A stretch of 63,893 nt of DNA, the filler included, from Folioceros fuciformis (lineage: Eukaryota): assembly GCA_049999805.1 (NCBI GenBank). It is 6 parts of 6 records of this genome, joined end to end, with 100 filler letters (N's around TTAATTAATTAA, not from the genome) between each part and the next. Parts side by side here need not be neighbours in the genome. Positions count along the whole stretch, not along the records: positions 14,602 to 40,412 come from JBNGIO010003189.1; positions 40,513 to 44,753 come from JBNGIO010003193.1; positions 44,854 to 59,507 come from JBNGIO010003194.1; 3 more parts are not named here. The stretch is one strand, 5' to 3'. Made by a program: the position numbers and the translations under genes. Each line of letters begins with the position of its first letter. Position 1 is the stretch's first letter. Below the pieces are notes generated by a model, which was not told the DNA's origin, ran no database searches, and worked only from the letters and a program-made list of their open reading frames with translations. This document shows, one piece after another, positions 39,540 to 53,493 of this stretch.

Positions 39540-40270
39540 TGGTAGTATATGGTCCAAACTTTTGGACGTCTTGCTTCTCCAAGAGTCCCTCGGGTGAAAC
39601 CACCTTAAAGACCTTGAATCACCATCCGGATCCCCTACTTGCGCAGCAACATAAATTGCCCGGTCAAATTCTAGAGGGATCTCATGGTCCTCTATGTCAG
39701 AGTAACCCCCCTAGTTGTCCACGCCATATGCTCCCCAAGCATCCTCGGCCACTGTCGGTTTCTGAAGCAGCATTTGCTTCATTGTCACTTCCATCCCTTC
39801 GTGCAGCCAAAATGCTTCATTGTCACTTCCATCCCTTCGTGCAGCCAAGTTAGTATAAGACGTGCATGTTGTACCGGGGTGCCAAACTCTTCCTGGATTT
39901 CCCCCACTTCTTTCCAACAGCCCTCCACCCTGTTCCATAAGTGCCCCACTTGGTACAACCCTTGGCAACCGACAGCCCCAAAGATTTGCGAGTGATACAC
40001 ATGCGATACAAACTCTGACACCCACAACCTCCGAAAGCCTTGTAGGGGCGTACCTAAGACATCATCCATGTTCACAGGGGAAGCTGGCATCAATAGGGGT
40101 TTGACTTCCAAGAAGCTACTCCAAATGGACTTGAATAGTGTGGAGCAATCCTTTGTATCTAACATTGGCTTATCTGCTAGGATGTTGTCATAAGACCTTC
40201 TGCCTTGTGGAACTGCCTGTGTACAATCCAGGAGCTGCCTCAGGTTTATTCGGAAAGCTAGCAAATGGGT
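39540..40270 (-). mobile_element. Degenerate repeat-like coding remnant, family unresolved
   Basis: Broken ORFs between an AT-rich (TA)n region and a contig-terminal tandem repeat; contains a 38-bp tandem duplication at 39775-39848. Confidence 0.3.
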
Positions 40271-40324
40271 GACTTGGGGCTTGTTGACCCCCTAAGTAAG
40301 ATGACGGCCTTGCATGCGCAACCT

Positions 40325-40412
40325 CCCCCATGATGCCTCCCTTCCCCTACCCTATGATGCCTCCCTTTCCCTCCCATATGATGCCTCCCCTCCCCTTCCC
40401 TCCCATATGATG
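40325..40412. repeat. Short tandem repeat (atgatgcctcccytyccc...) at contig end
   Basis: 3-4 imperfect 23-30 bp units. Confidence 0.75.
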
Positions 40413-40512
40413 NNNNNNNNNNNNNNNNNNNNNNNNNNNNNNNNNNNNNNNNNNNNTTAATTAATTAANNNNNNNNNNNNNNNNNNNNNNNNNNNNNNNN
40501 NNNNNNNNNNNN
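40413..40512. other. Artificial contig spacer
   Basis: N44-TTAATTAATTAA-N44. Confidence 0.98.
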
Positions 40513-40530
40513 AAACTTTGGAGGTTCACA

Positions 40531-43500
40531 CGGGGACCGACCAGCAGCAGGGCAGGCAGCCAGTGTGCCGGCGGATGCTGGGTGATGGCCGACTAAGGAG
40601 TCTCGCCGGTAGCAGGCAGGAGAAGGCGGCTATCTTGGCCGGTTGCCTGGCCACATCCAAGAGGGCAAACCGCCATTGCAAGGCGGCCTGGAAGGTGGCC
40701 GGACCAGCAGCGGCCCGGTGGTGCGACCAGCCGGGCTGACCAGCTGGTTGCATTGGCGGCCGGATGGCAGGGGCCTGGCCGTCGGGTCCGACTGCCTTGC
40801 GGCCAGATCCAACCAGCCAGTAGACCGGCCGGCTGATCGAGGACGGGCCAAACAGGGCTGGACGGATAGGTAGCAGCCAGGCGGGTCGGTGGCTGGCAGT
40901 CCTGTCTAGCTGAGTGCAGGCACGCAACCACTGCAAGCGGCAGACCCGACTAGGCAACAAGGTGGCATTCAGGAGCGCTCAGTGGAGGGTTCACGGCAGC
41001 CCGGTGGCGGCGTTGCATCTAGGCCGGGGAGCGGTGCCGGACCCAAGGCGATTGGGGCTGGACTTGGAAGCCAGGCACCATCCTGGCTGCAGGAGCCCAA
41101 GTAGCCAGGTAGGCTAGCCTAGCCTCGAGGCGGGTGAATCTAGCAGGCAGCTAGGCCGAGTAGGCTGGTCGCCTGGCTGGATCTGAAGGCTGGAGGTCGG
41201 CTAGCGGCCTCTGGCCAGTCGGCCCAGGCAAGCGAGTGGTCAGATCCAAGTCGGGCTGACCAGCAGACGAGCCCAGGCATGCGTAGTCAGGTTGGTAGGG
41301 GGGGCCTGCCAGATCCGGCCGGTTTCCCAGCCGGATCTAGCCAGGGGGAAATCCAATCCAAGCCCGGCCGCTTGGGACTAGGCAGGCGGATCCTGCCAGT
41401 GGGGACTAGGCAGGCGGACCAAGTTGGCGGATCTAGCTAGCCAGGAAGGCTGGTGGCGTGGCTGGATCCGAAAGCCAGCAAGCCTGGTGTGTGGCCTTGG
41501 TGCACGCGGCCGGGCTGGCATGGGAGGCCGGCTGCGTGGGAGGAAATCCAGGCAAGAGGGCGGCCTGGGTGAATCGGTTTAGAGGGGGTGTGCAGCCAGG
41601 CTGGTAGGTGGATCCGGCTGGGCAACCAGACAGCCGCCTGGTCGAGGGAGGATTGCGGCTACCTGGCTGGATCGCCAGGCAGGCCGTGCTGGCCAGCAAG
41701 TGAGGCTCAGGTTGACGGCAGGGAGGCCAGCAGGGGAGTGGCGGGCTGCTGAAGGTCCTAGCCGGCAGGCCAGCCCAAGCGGATCCAGGCCAGGCGGGCC
41801 TCGGCAAGATCCGAGGTGGATCCAAGTGGGTGGTGGAGCTGGATCTGGGCAGGCGGCCTGAATGGTGGCTGGGTTAGGAGCATGGACACCCGGCTGCGGG
41901 CAGGCAAGGCATCGGGATCCAGGCAGCCATGGCTAGCTGGCCAGGATCGCGAGGGGGGCTAGCTAGGGGCTGAAGCAGGCAGCCCTACGGGCTGGCTGCC
42001 TGGCCAGATCCAAGGGGGCAGGCAGGCGCCCCAGCGGCGCAAGCAGCCAGTGGGCTAGCCAAAAGCAGGCTGGCAGGGGGCTGGCTAGCGAAGCAGAAGG
42101 AGAAGGGCGACTTGCCTGACACGTCCATACTGCCCTCCCACCTTCACATTGCAAAAGACGACTCTCATATTGATGGGGACAGACGGGTTGCAGGTCACTA
42201 CCTCGAGGTGGCGGGGGCTAGAGATTCCCATGTTGTTCTTCCTGTGGAATCAGATAGTGAGAAGAACTGCAGGGTTTTGACGTCGGTGCGTATTCCTCTT
42301 GAGTGGGGTGGTTGTGGCCAGCTCTTTGTCCAGGCGATCACAGGTGCTGGGAGACGTGTCGGAGCTGCTTGGTTTGGTCGGTAGGGAAAACCCAACCTGC
42401 AGGATTGGGCCCAATGGGAGAAACTGTGCAAGAACTAGGTTATTCCATGATGGGTTTTCTTACAGTGATGGCATTGGTAGAGCTGGTTTTTGGGAGCCCA
42501 TAGTTGGAAAAGATGGGAACAGGAAGGCTGTCCCTTCAGGCATGCATATGCGCTCTGATTTCAATGATGAGCCTTTGTAGGAGCGGTTTGCAAAGGCTCA
42601 TGGGATCGAGAGCATAGCGATAAGGGTTGCAACTGCAAAGGTCAAGTGGGCAGTCTCCATCGCTGAATAAGAAGTTCTCACCGAAACATTTCCGTTGGGA
42701 CTGGAAGCGAAGACAGGGGAAGTTAGTGGAGGGAGTGTGCCTCATCTGCTACCAGACGATGGTTACAAGGTGGATGGAAAGCAGCTCGAGTTTGGCTCTA
42801 GGCAGGAAGGCCACGGGGGCCTGGACAATGGTCGGGGGTGCAGCCCTCCATGAAAATGGGTGGAGATAGAGCTGAGATAGGTTGAGGAACCTACGAACTG
42901 CCTGATGATGATTATGGGGGCAAGGGATTTGGGAAATGCCACCTCAGGTGCCATGTTCATAAGGTTACCTCGTCAGGGGTACTAGAAGGGCAGCTATGCC
43001 GGGTCATGGGGTCCTTGGCCAGCAGGATGGGGAGTAGACGACTGGAGGAAGGTGGAGTCTCTAAGGGATTGCATATGATCTCAGGCAAAGGAGAGGATCG
43101 GAGAGGGGAAGAGGGTGTCGAGAGGCACTCGTGAGTTTTGGTAGTTTGGAGAGGTTGATTAATTTTGATAAGAGCAACCAGGGCCGCAAGTCGGAGTCAA
43201 GTTAGGTCAAAGTTAGGGTTAGGCTTAGGTCGGAGTTAGGTTTAGGGTTTTGACGAGTGAAGGGTTCTATCTGGGGCGTGCTGACCTGGTTAGGTAGTGT
43301 CAGGGGTTCTTGGCCAAGGAGGTATAAGAGGCCAAGCCTGTCATTGAGGGGGAGGCTTTTTTGGTGAAGAGTGCCCTTGACCTTGTGTGCAGGCTGCTGG
43401 GTTAGAGGGATTAATCCAGTGTGCAGATGCACCTCGGCCTTGATTCCCCATGCCACTAGGGGAACGTGGCGGCTCCCAAAATCGCTAAGATCTGGGTGGC

Positions 43501-44753
43501 TAGATCCACAGGGGCTGACCTTTCTTGTAGGCTGGTTGGGTGGTTGAGGTACCTTGACGTCCCTAAGGGGTTTCCAAGGCGACGGATTGTAGGGCTGTGA
43601 GCCGAGGAGGCTATCCAGCCTGGGTCTGCACATCTCGGCCTCAAGGACTGCAAGTGAGGGGCTATTGTGTTCCAAAATCCAGGAGTGAGACGTGGAGGCA
43701 AAGGGTTGAAGAGTTGAAGTGCTGGGGCAGAGATTTGAAGAGCTGAAGAAGTGCTGGAGTAGAGACTTGAGGCCTGGAGTTTGGAGTTGTTGTGCTGGGA
43801 CTGAAGTTCTCAATCAGCTACTGAGGTGGCTGGCATTTAGGGCTAAGAGTGGAGGTCGAGGCCAGGGCTAGGGCCTCCTCTCAGCTGCTGAGGCGGCTGA
43901 TACCAGGAGCTGAAAGTGAGAGCTGAGGATGATGCTGACTCCTCATTCAACTGGGGTTGTGGTTGGTGTTGAAGACATGGCTCTGATCTTTCTGCTGTAG
44001 TGTGGTTAGGTCTAGGAGCCGGCTGATACATAGGATTAGATTTGGGCAATGTGGGGAAGGTTGTGGGGAACCTTGACACTAGTTCACTCCCTTGGGAGCG
44101 AATCCTAGTACTACGACGATAATAAGGAGGAAGTGTGGCCCTTGTTGGTTCTTGGGTGCAAGTTTCATTCCACAGGAGTGTCGCGCACACACTGCCCACC
44201 CAGACATCTCTAATCCAGCCATGGACAGCGCGGGGATCTCGACCGGGAGGAGTCTCCAACATTTGCTGATTAGAGAGGCACCAACAGGCCCTTTTATACA
44301 GAGTTTTCAAAGCGGGAGCCACAGCCCGCCAAAAAGTCTAGTTCTAAAAACAGTCAACTTGAAAGGTGCCCTTAATTACGGGCAGCATCAGGTCAAGATA
44401 GCATCTTGCCAAATTTTATCTAAATTCTATTTTAAGATGCAACAACTCCTGCCCTACCTTGGTGCCACGCTCTCCTCCTATCTGTTCTTCTGGCCTTGCT
44501 TCCTTTGCCACCAAATCCTCAGGCTCCACGCTGCTGATTAGGCAAATCCTTCCATAAAATCTCCACCTCACTTCCGCTGCTGGCTCACTTATCATGGCTG
44601 GGCAAGGGTGGGGCTCGCCTCAGAGTCCTCTTTTCCTATGCTGGCCACTTGTTACTAAGGACCATTCACAGGTTCCTTCCCCACCTAGGCCTATGCCCCT
44701 TATTCTGTGAGCCCCTTTAAGACAGCCTCTGAATACCAAGGGGTTAACCACCA
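40531..44753 (-). mobile_element. Second copy (inverted) of the C-rich dispersed repeat, plus degenerate retroelement sequence
   Basis: Reverse-complement similarity to 477-935 and 3610-3790; G-rich on the + strand; no intact gene. Confidence 0.65.
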
Positions 44754-44853
44754 NNNNNNNNNNNNNNNNNNNNNNNNNNNNNNNNNNNNNNNNNNNNTTA
44801 ATTAATTAANNNNNNNNNNNNNNNNNNNNNNNNNNNNNNNNNNNNNNNNNNNN
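44754..44853. other. Artificial contig spacer
   Basis: N44-TTAATTAATTAA-N44. Confidence 0.98.
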
Positions 44854-45132
44854 CTCCCACCCACAAGTCTAGCTTGCCTTACGCCCTCGCCCTCTGCCTG
44901 ATAACACTCCTAACTCGTGACGCTCAAATCCTTTGCTCACTCTGTTTTGCCACCACACCGAACTTGAACCATCCGCCGTTGCCCCGCAGCCTCCATCTCT
45001 TGCGAGTCTCTTGTAATTTACCGCTCACCTCGATTCTTTTGCCCGCAATCGCTGTAACTCCAGCCACCTTATTTGTTGCTTCTACCTGGCAGGGCAGTAG
45101 CGGCGTCGCCCCTGTGCACTGCCTCCTGCACT

Positions 45133-46058
45133 ATGGCCTTGCGTTCCACGGATCCCTTAGTGGTCGGGAGGGTCATAGGAGATGTGATTGACCTTTTTGT
45201 GCCCTCTGTGAGTATGTCCGTGCACTACAGCATGAGGCAGGTGAACAATGGCTGCGAAATCAAGCCCTCTGCTACCGCATCTCCTCCCAACGTTCAGGTT
45301 GCCGGCCGCAGCAACGCCGACACTTTTTTCACACTGGTTCCACCCTTACCTCGTCCCCTTTTCCATCACTTGGTTCTGCACAATCTAGTACTGTTCGCTT
45401 GGAACCAACAAGTGTTTAACAACTTGACTTACGCTTGCGCGCCACTGACTATCGTCCTCGCAGATCATGACAGATCCCGATGCGCCAAGCCCTAGTGAAC
45501 CGTCAATGAAGGAATGGGTCCATTGGTAATCATTTCCCCTTCAAAACGACATCCTCCTTTTCCTCGGTCAATTGCAGTCCATGTGTCCATGTGGGCTGGG
45601 CTAGAAACACAAGTCAATATTTAGTTTACGTGTCGCTGCTATTTCATGCTCTGTCGCCAACTTTGTGCAGGATCGTGACCAACATTCCTGGTTCTACGGA
45701 CGCAACTCAGGGTATTACACTCATTGTTTCCTGTGTTCAAACTTCTCTTCCAGATCTTGTAGGAAGCTAACACTTGCACAAGTGGAATTCCAGACCTCCA
45801 CGCACCTGTCTTACTATCCAGGCTTTTGCTTTTGTTGCAGGCACCGAAGTTGTACCTTACATGGCACCGAAGCCTCCCATAGGCATCCACAGGTACATTT
45901 TTGTACTGTTTGAGCAGCGGGGACCGATGAGCGTGAATTGTCCTTCTGTTCGCAACAACTTCAGCACTAGGCGTTTTGCGGATGAACATGGTCTGGGTCG
46001 GCCGGTAGCTGCCGTCTACTTTAATGCTCAGAAAGAACCTGGGAGCAGACGGCGCTGA
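45133..46058 (+). CDS. MFT: PEBP family protein, MOTHER OF FT AND TFL1-like; exons 45133-45336, 45464-45525, 45671-45711, 45841-46058
   Basis: DPLVVGRVIGDV, MTDPDAPSPSEP, KEWVHW (Trp at the FT-Y85/TFL1-H88 site), PPIGIHRY, VYFNAQKEP; canonical 62-bp and 41-bp internal exons. Confidence 0.96.
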
Positions 46059-46458
46059 TTTCTACTTCCGCGGAATGCTAGCAGGGGTTTATGCTTCCTT
46101 TTACGCCTTACTTTCCGAATAAACGACATGGCAAGTAACTGTCCACCACAAGCCAGCTGCTGCCTCATGTCAACAGTAAGTGCAAAACAGGCTTCTGTTG
46201 TATTTTTAAGTTACCTGTACGATCCACCTGTACGGTTACACGTGTTTCACCTCATATGTTGCCGCTCTCGCTGCAATTGATATCTCTAATCTAATAAACG
46301 TGCTTGAGTGGCACCACTCGTCGTTCATAGTCGCATCTACACACACCCTGTGCTATGCAGGTCAGCAATCATAGTTTTCAAAAACACTTCCCCGTTCTGT
46401 CTACCGTGTAATTACGCAAAGTTGTCCCTAGGTGACGTTAGACGGTAGGATACGTATC

Positions 46459-49400
46459 CTAAGCCACATCGTCCATCTCGTAGGGATCTAAACCACAACC
46501 ACCGAACAGACTTTCCAGCTCGGAATCCAGACCAACTCTCTGTCCACAGAAACAGCTCGTTACCAGCAAACCATCCTTTGGAAAGCTGAGCACAAATGTA
46601 ACGAGCGATGGCCTCATACCATTCTGGCCCTGTTGTTGAGACGAGCCCTCTTGTCGCGAATGGATTCTTTCATTTGAACCGGTACTGTCAGAGCTGCTAC
46701 ATCCTACAGTGAGGACAAATGTGTTAACATACAAAGCACCCAAACAGGGCCGGCTCGTACGAAAAGCGCTCCAGATGTACGTTTGGAATAGTCTGTTTCT
46801 TACTGTACTCCTGTTTCTCTTCCCTTTGTCGAACCTCTGTTTGGACTGCGGTGCCGTAAAGGCATGTTCTTGGTGAACAACCTGACACAAGTTCGAATAA
46901 TAGAAGAGCCATCAGAAGTGCATCACTGCAAAAACGTAGCTCATCTTAGGCTGACCATCCAACGATAGTTGTCTGGAAACAAGCCCTCTCGAACAACCTT
47001 CCCCGAACTTTCTAAGTACTTTTCCAGGCACTGGAGCGATCATAAGGCTCAAGACCAAGAAGGGACAAGGTAGCATGTATGTTTCTATTTGGGCGTCACT
47101 AGTACCTGATCACACTTCAACGTTAACTGGCTCATCGACTTTGGTCTTCCTTTTTCCAACTGTTTTCAGGTCAGATAATTCCATCATGCGCCCACGAGTT
47201 TAGAAACTCTGACCAGGCTCTGAAGGAGGAACCAAACCTGCTCTTCCAATTCTATTTTGTCGCGGGTGCTTAGCTCTGTCAACTTAAGTTCCGACTGCAT
47301 CTGAAACCAGTCCAAAGTAGATCTTAGTTGTTTCCAGGTTCCCAGGACCCACAGCTTATGCTTCTAGCAGAAACAACCTCCTTTGTCTGCAATCTGCTGT
47401 TCTCCATCCTCTGCAATTCGTACTTCCTTTCCCAATCCAAGCAAGTATCTCTGATCTGGATGAACAGGCCACAAACCACCTTATCAAAGCACATTCCAAG
47501 CACCTAAAGGAGGATCTCCAATTTTTCCAGGCAGCCCACATCTACCTCATCAAGCTCTTTATTAAATGTTTCTTGCATGTCTGCAATAGTCTTCCGATGC
47601 GCAGCACCCGAAGTTTCTCTGTCAGCTTCATACCTTAGCTTTTCTTCATCGAACTGATAACAGCAAATACTCGATACGATTGTCAGTGCATATCATATAT
47701 AAGGTCTCCTGTCTTATCCCAGTAACGCCTCAAAAGAAACAGTTCCTTCGATATCATTGAAATGCAAAAGATGCCGAGCTCGTGAACCAGCAACGCAGGT
47801 CTCTGCATTATTTCATGATTACCTGTTGCTTCAGTATTTGAAGGTCTGCCTCAACCATAGCCTTTGCTTTTTCCATGCTTGTGAACTTCGATTCCCACAC
47901 CAAGTTTCGCATCTTGCTCTGATAAACGAAAGGTACACCATCTTCCACCTTACAACTTCGTCACCATCTGAATAAGCATTGGCTGAAAGCAAACAACCCT
48001 GAAGCTGCCAGCTGTTTCACGCATGTGACTTGCCTCTTCCAAACTTGCTTGGAAGGATTGCTGCAAGGTTAAGATTTCAGTTTGATGATCGCGTTTTAAC
48101 AGCTGGCATCCCGCGACCTCATCCTCAAGAGTTCTCTCATACTGCAGGCATCAAACAGCAGCTCATTCTTCGCATGACTGAGCCGCACAACAAGCAGAGC
48201 CATGACTGTTATCTCAGCGATTTGTGGCCACTGTCTAGGAATTGCTGCTGCCCACTTTCTGCATGCCTCATATAGCTTCCATTCGGCCAGGCGTGCTTCA
48301 ATGGCACATTGGGTTCACCTGTGTCAGCTCAGCCCTCAATTCTTCCTCCCTTTTCTTCATATCACTCTCAAACTTCTGGCATAAAACAGAAATTCGTCCT
48401 TCCAATTCTCTGACCTTTTGTTGCTCCTACAATGGTAACTCACCGTCAGAACGCAACTCAATTTCACTTGACTCCGGGAACATCTTCATACATCAGATTG
48501 TTGTAAGCAATACCTTGGACACCAGCAATTTATGCTCAGTTTGCAGCCTATGTAACTCTTCCATGCTGTCCTTCTGTAGTTGTTGATACTTGCCATCCAG
48601 ATCATCGGTGGTTTTTTGTCTTTCCTATCATTTGGTAAAGAGGCATATAAGCACAGAAGAAGAGACGCCCGGAACAGAAAATGATGGAAAGACATTGACA
48701 CATCTGAGAAAAAGAAACAATTCAACCTTTGAAATTTCTGTGAGGACTTGTTCCTTCTGCTGTACAAGCTCTGCATGGTGTTTCGCGGTCAATTTCTTCT
48801 TTTCCAGCTCATGAGCAAGCAACAATTCTTTCACCTGTAAAAAATAACCGCCCATGAAGAACCCACGCACAGCTTACAGGCTCGGACAGTGACAAAAAGA
48901 GATCAATTGAGACATGCTAGGACAACCTTGACACTCTCCTTCAGGATAGCTTCCTTTGCCTCAGCTTCGATCTTCATCCTTAAATCACTCATCTCCTACA
49001 TGAAAATCAGAAATCGCTTGACTTATGATTCCCAGAAACTTATGCCACTTGTTTAAGACAACAGCAGTGAGGACCCACAAAAAGTAGCCACGCTAGACAA
49101 CGAAAGTGGATACCCGTACAAGTACCAACCTGATTGTTCCGATTGGCTATTTCCTTGAGGTGCCTGTTCAGGTCTGCTTGCTTTGCTTCTAGCTGTAGCT
49201 CAGATTGCCGTTTTATCTCCAAAATGTGACTGTCAGCCAGTTCCACTTTGGCAGATTCCTACAAAGTTGAAAACCCGAGTCAAACCACCTCGCGGAAGGA
49301 TAAGTCATACCATCATTTGGGATGCTTTGTGCTATTTGACAGTGCTCGCCTCTTTTATTTTTTCCTCCAGAGATGCAAGGTTTTCTGAGCTCTCTTCAAG

Positions 49401-52008
49401 CAAACGCAATTTTTCTAAACAGTCCAAACGCAAACGATTGGCTTCCTCTTCCACTGATTGGAGAGTACACATGAGCTCAGCATTCTTCAGTGTGAGGCCC
49501 TCAACCGCGCCTGTCCGTTGTTCGAGTTGGCTATTTAATTGCTCAAGTGCCTGTGCTTTCTCCGTTGTCAAGCGCGATATTTCTCCAAGAAGCGTCTCCT
49601 GCATTAACCCCTCCACGCCACGAATCCTGAGTCAAAAGCAAGAAGGGTGATAATTGACTCCGGACCACAAAGCTTACAAACCTTATCAGCTTCGCCAGAG
49701 AATGTCTTAAGAGCATACTACAGTACCTTCTCCTCACATAGATCCTGCACAGTTGAGGCCAGTTCCACTTCCTTATTTCTTTGTTTATGCATGATTTCTT
49801 CAAGCCCCTCTTTTTCAGTCCTGAGTTTCACGTTCGTCTCATGAATGACCTTTATTTCAGAGGCTGAAGCAGCTTCAGTATCTTCTGCCCTTCTGACAAC
49901 ATCATCAAGACTCCTCTGCAGCCCGGCGTTTCGGGTCTCAGCAACTGGAAGAGTCAAGAGAAATATATTAGCGGAAGAGGACACACAGCTTACTCTTGAT
50001 AAGCAGCGGAATTCTAACTTGCCTTCCAGCTGGTGATGCACCGAGGTCACAACCCCATCAATCTTCTGATAACGAATTTCTAGAGCCTGGAGGTCCTGAA
50101 GAGCATTTTCCTTTGCCTGCCACTCGACCTGAGCCCGTTCTTCAATCTCCTTAATTTGCTCACGAAGGTTATCAGCAGTAGATGAAGCTTCGTCTAGGGC
50201 CCTTTCCATCTCGCTGACCTTGTGGGCCAGCTGCAATCTCTCCTGCTTCCCTGCATCGATTATTTGCGCCATACCAGATAGCTGCCCCTCCAAGTCCCTA
50301 TTGTAAAAATCACTCTCTGTTTTCTTCTGTACCTGTGGAAATTCCACGAGCGTTAAGTCTGCACATAATGGAAGGACACTCAGACAGCCTCAGATTCTCA
50401 TTGTCAAAGGAACAGAGTCAGAAGTTTGACTACGCGCTTCCAACTTTTGCGGATGCAATCAGTGTGGTCAATGTGGGACTCATCAGAGAATTATACCAGG
50501 AGCTGCAGATCATTCTCCAACTTGGCTAGTTCTTCAATCTTTTCACTCAGTTGCATTTGTGTGAGCCTGTGCTGGTCTCTAGAGGATATTAAGAAGTGTT
50601 TCTCGTTTTGAAGGGACTGCTCAGCAACATCCAGCTGCCTTTGCATTTGTTCTGTGAGGTAAAGGCAAACACCAGGTACAACAAAAAATCATTTACTACA
50701 CCAATAACTTAGAACAACTGCAAACAGAAAGCCTGCCAGAGCTACAAATCCCGCCTGATGAGACCTTCATCCACCTCAAATGTGATCTCAATGAGGCTGT
50801 GAGCGTATGTGGCAACAATTGGTTCAGAATGAACCGAAGTGTGCATATTACACCTAGTCTTAACACTACCAAAGATAGCCTATTGATGGCACAAAATGCC
50901 TCCAGATACCTTTTTCTTCAGTCAATTTTTCTGACGTTGAGATTGAACGAATAAGGTTATCTTGCATCTCAGCTGCTTCTTGAGCCATCCTTTGAATATC
51001 TTCTTCTCCTGCAATATTAGCACCTGCCTCTGAATCAGAACTGCCCCAAGTACATGCATGCGATTGACACGAGATTTCCCTACTTTGTACAGTGGTGTTA
51101 GTAGCTTCAGTCAGTTTATGGTGCAACATCTCTGTATGAGCTTTGCTCTGCTCATAGAAAGCAAGTCGACTCATTAGGCTCTTTTCAAGAAGAGCTTTGT
51201 CTTGCTCCCCTGCATCAGGCAAACAGAATTATCCCCACAATGAGAGATGCCCTGTCATCATGTCTGAAACACGATAACCGCCTCCAATAATTATATTAAG
51301 ATAACGGACCCTGGCTCAGTTGAATTTCCAGCTGTTGAACAGTTTCTGTGATCTGATCAAACATTGCGCTCATGCCAACATGCTTTGTCTCAAGGACCTT
51401 CCACAGTTTCATATCCTCCATATGCTTGGCCTTCAACACCGACTTCTCATTGGCTTCCTGCTGTAGCTTGAACTCTAGAGCTTGGACTTTTTCCTCGTAC
51501 TTTAGAACCTTACTTCTCTGAAATTACAGACAAGGTGATATACCACCGTAGCCATCATGTAGGCCCAACTTCAGGCGAGCAAAAACGCAGTGTAAATCGC
51601 ATTTCAGCTCTCTGTGCAGCCTTCCCGGTCTCCTGCTACTTTCAACTTCTACTCCTTGCAAACATCCATGCTACTTACCAGCCGTTGCACATCCGCCTTA
51701 GTACATGCTTGCTCCTGCATCATTTTCTCTGCAAACATATATGTATTAGACCACACATCTAGTATGGTTGCATGCAACGGAGTTAAAGGATAGTGCTCAC
51801 ACAAGTCGGAGTGAAACAAACCTGCGGTCAGCTGCAATTGTTGGAAATTCTCCTCCGTGCGAAAATTACTCGGTTTCGCTTGCGTCTCCCCATGAGCTCG
51901 AGGTGACTTGAGGCTGCTTCCAAGTACCGACTTCGTGTGGAAACGGGACTGCTCGCAAATTCTGATTGCGGTACTATTCTGAAGCGCCGACTTCAGAGGA
52001 AAGGCCAT
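46459..52008 (-). CDS. ZYP1: Synaptonemal complex transverse-filament protein ZYP1-like, many exons; start approximate
   Basis: N-terminal FQQLQLTA/EKMMQEQACTKAD and LEFKLQQEANEKSVLKAKHMEDMKLWKVLETK...DQITETVQQL resemble plant ZYP1; long coiled coil; C-terminal SLFGGCGLDPYE resembles ZYP1 DLFSEGSLNPYA. Confidence 0.85.
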
Positions 52009-53493
52009 CTTCAGGTTCTGGATGGTCGAACTTCGCAGATTTGTAAAATCTTCAGCAACCACCTGTTGCCATTGTTGAAACGCTTTCAGCAACGAAGCCA
52101 GAATTCAGTGGGGCACGAGTACCAAGTTACAAATTACAGTCATCTCCGTCCGAAGCAGAGGATTTTACGACGAATTGCTGGAAGAAGAGCTAAAGTCATC
52201 ACCTCAGCAAGAAAAGCTCTGGTCACTTAGCACGCAGCTCAGCATAGCGAGGAGCAGACATCTGCGCATTGCCACGCGACAAGCATTTGGCCCTTACTAA
52301 GCAGCAATTCACGTCCGTAAACCGGACTCGAAGATATGCTGGGGTCCTTGGTTCAATGTTGTTACATTATAGATTTGTCCACCATAATATATATCATCTC
52401 GTATAGAAATGAAAATCATATTAAAAAGAAAAGAGACAAGGAAAATCCACGGATTGGGGTGACCAGCGAGTTGTGTGCCTAGATCTAGGCTACTGCACTA
52501 TGGGAGGTGAGTGGGATACTGCCGGAGGTGAGTGGGATGGAGGTGGAGGCATTGGATCTAAAGGACATAGAATAGTGGCTAGGGAATGTTCCTAGCAAGG
52601 TGCCTTGAGCTAGGCCTAAGCGTGTAGAGGTTGAAAAGGAAAGCGAGGTCTATTACCCACAACTTCTACTACTGAGAGTATGATATCCAAGAGTACGATG
52701 ATCCCAAGAGCTCACCCAGATGCCTGGGCTTACAATGGGTGGATAGTTACGAAATAGTAGAGCTGCATGTTTCCGAAGCTTCTCAATCTTTAAAGCAAGA
52801 ATAGGTGGACAGTTACGAAATAGTAGTGTTGAATGTTTCGTAAGGTTCTCAAAGTCTAAAGCATTGTGACCACAAACTCTAACTTCAAAGGAATGGCATC
52901 AACAATACGCAGCCAAGAAGGCGAAGTGTGCGAGCACATTACAGGCAACTTAAACAGCTCGAGTGAAGCCGTATGGAAGGAGGGTGATGACAATCACCTA
53001 GCCGCCAATGCACATAGCAAGATGATGGCAAATAAGAAGATAATGGTGGCAAGGCCAAGCATTGAGGGGTTCAAGTCTTTGAAGTCGCACTTGGAGCACA
53101 TTGTTGTCATTGGAGGATAAGGGCTGATTTGTAACCAGTTTCTACTTGAATGGAAGCTTGCTTGTGATCTTTGAGTGCTCTCCTATGTACATATATACTT
53201 TTCCTCCTTCAACCTAGGCTTTTTCCTCCGTAATTTATAAGAAGGAAGCCAATCGAAGTCACGACATGAGACTACATCAAATTACGGATTGTTTATGATA
53301 CATCCACGTAATTTTAAACCACGTTAAGAGTCAGTGAAATTGGCAATTGGTTGACGCGTTTAATGTGTGGCAGGAAATGCGAGTGCCAACTGGCAGTGAA
53401 GACGAGTCGGACTACTTCCCAGGATGTGCATTGCAAGAGAGGACGAGGAGGAGATAGTGCCGTGGGATGTGGGAGTCGGGGAGTGGAAGGGCA

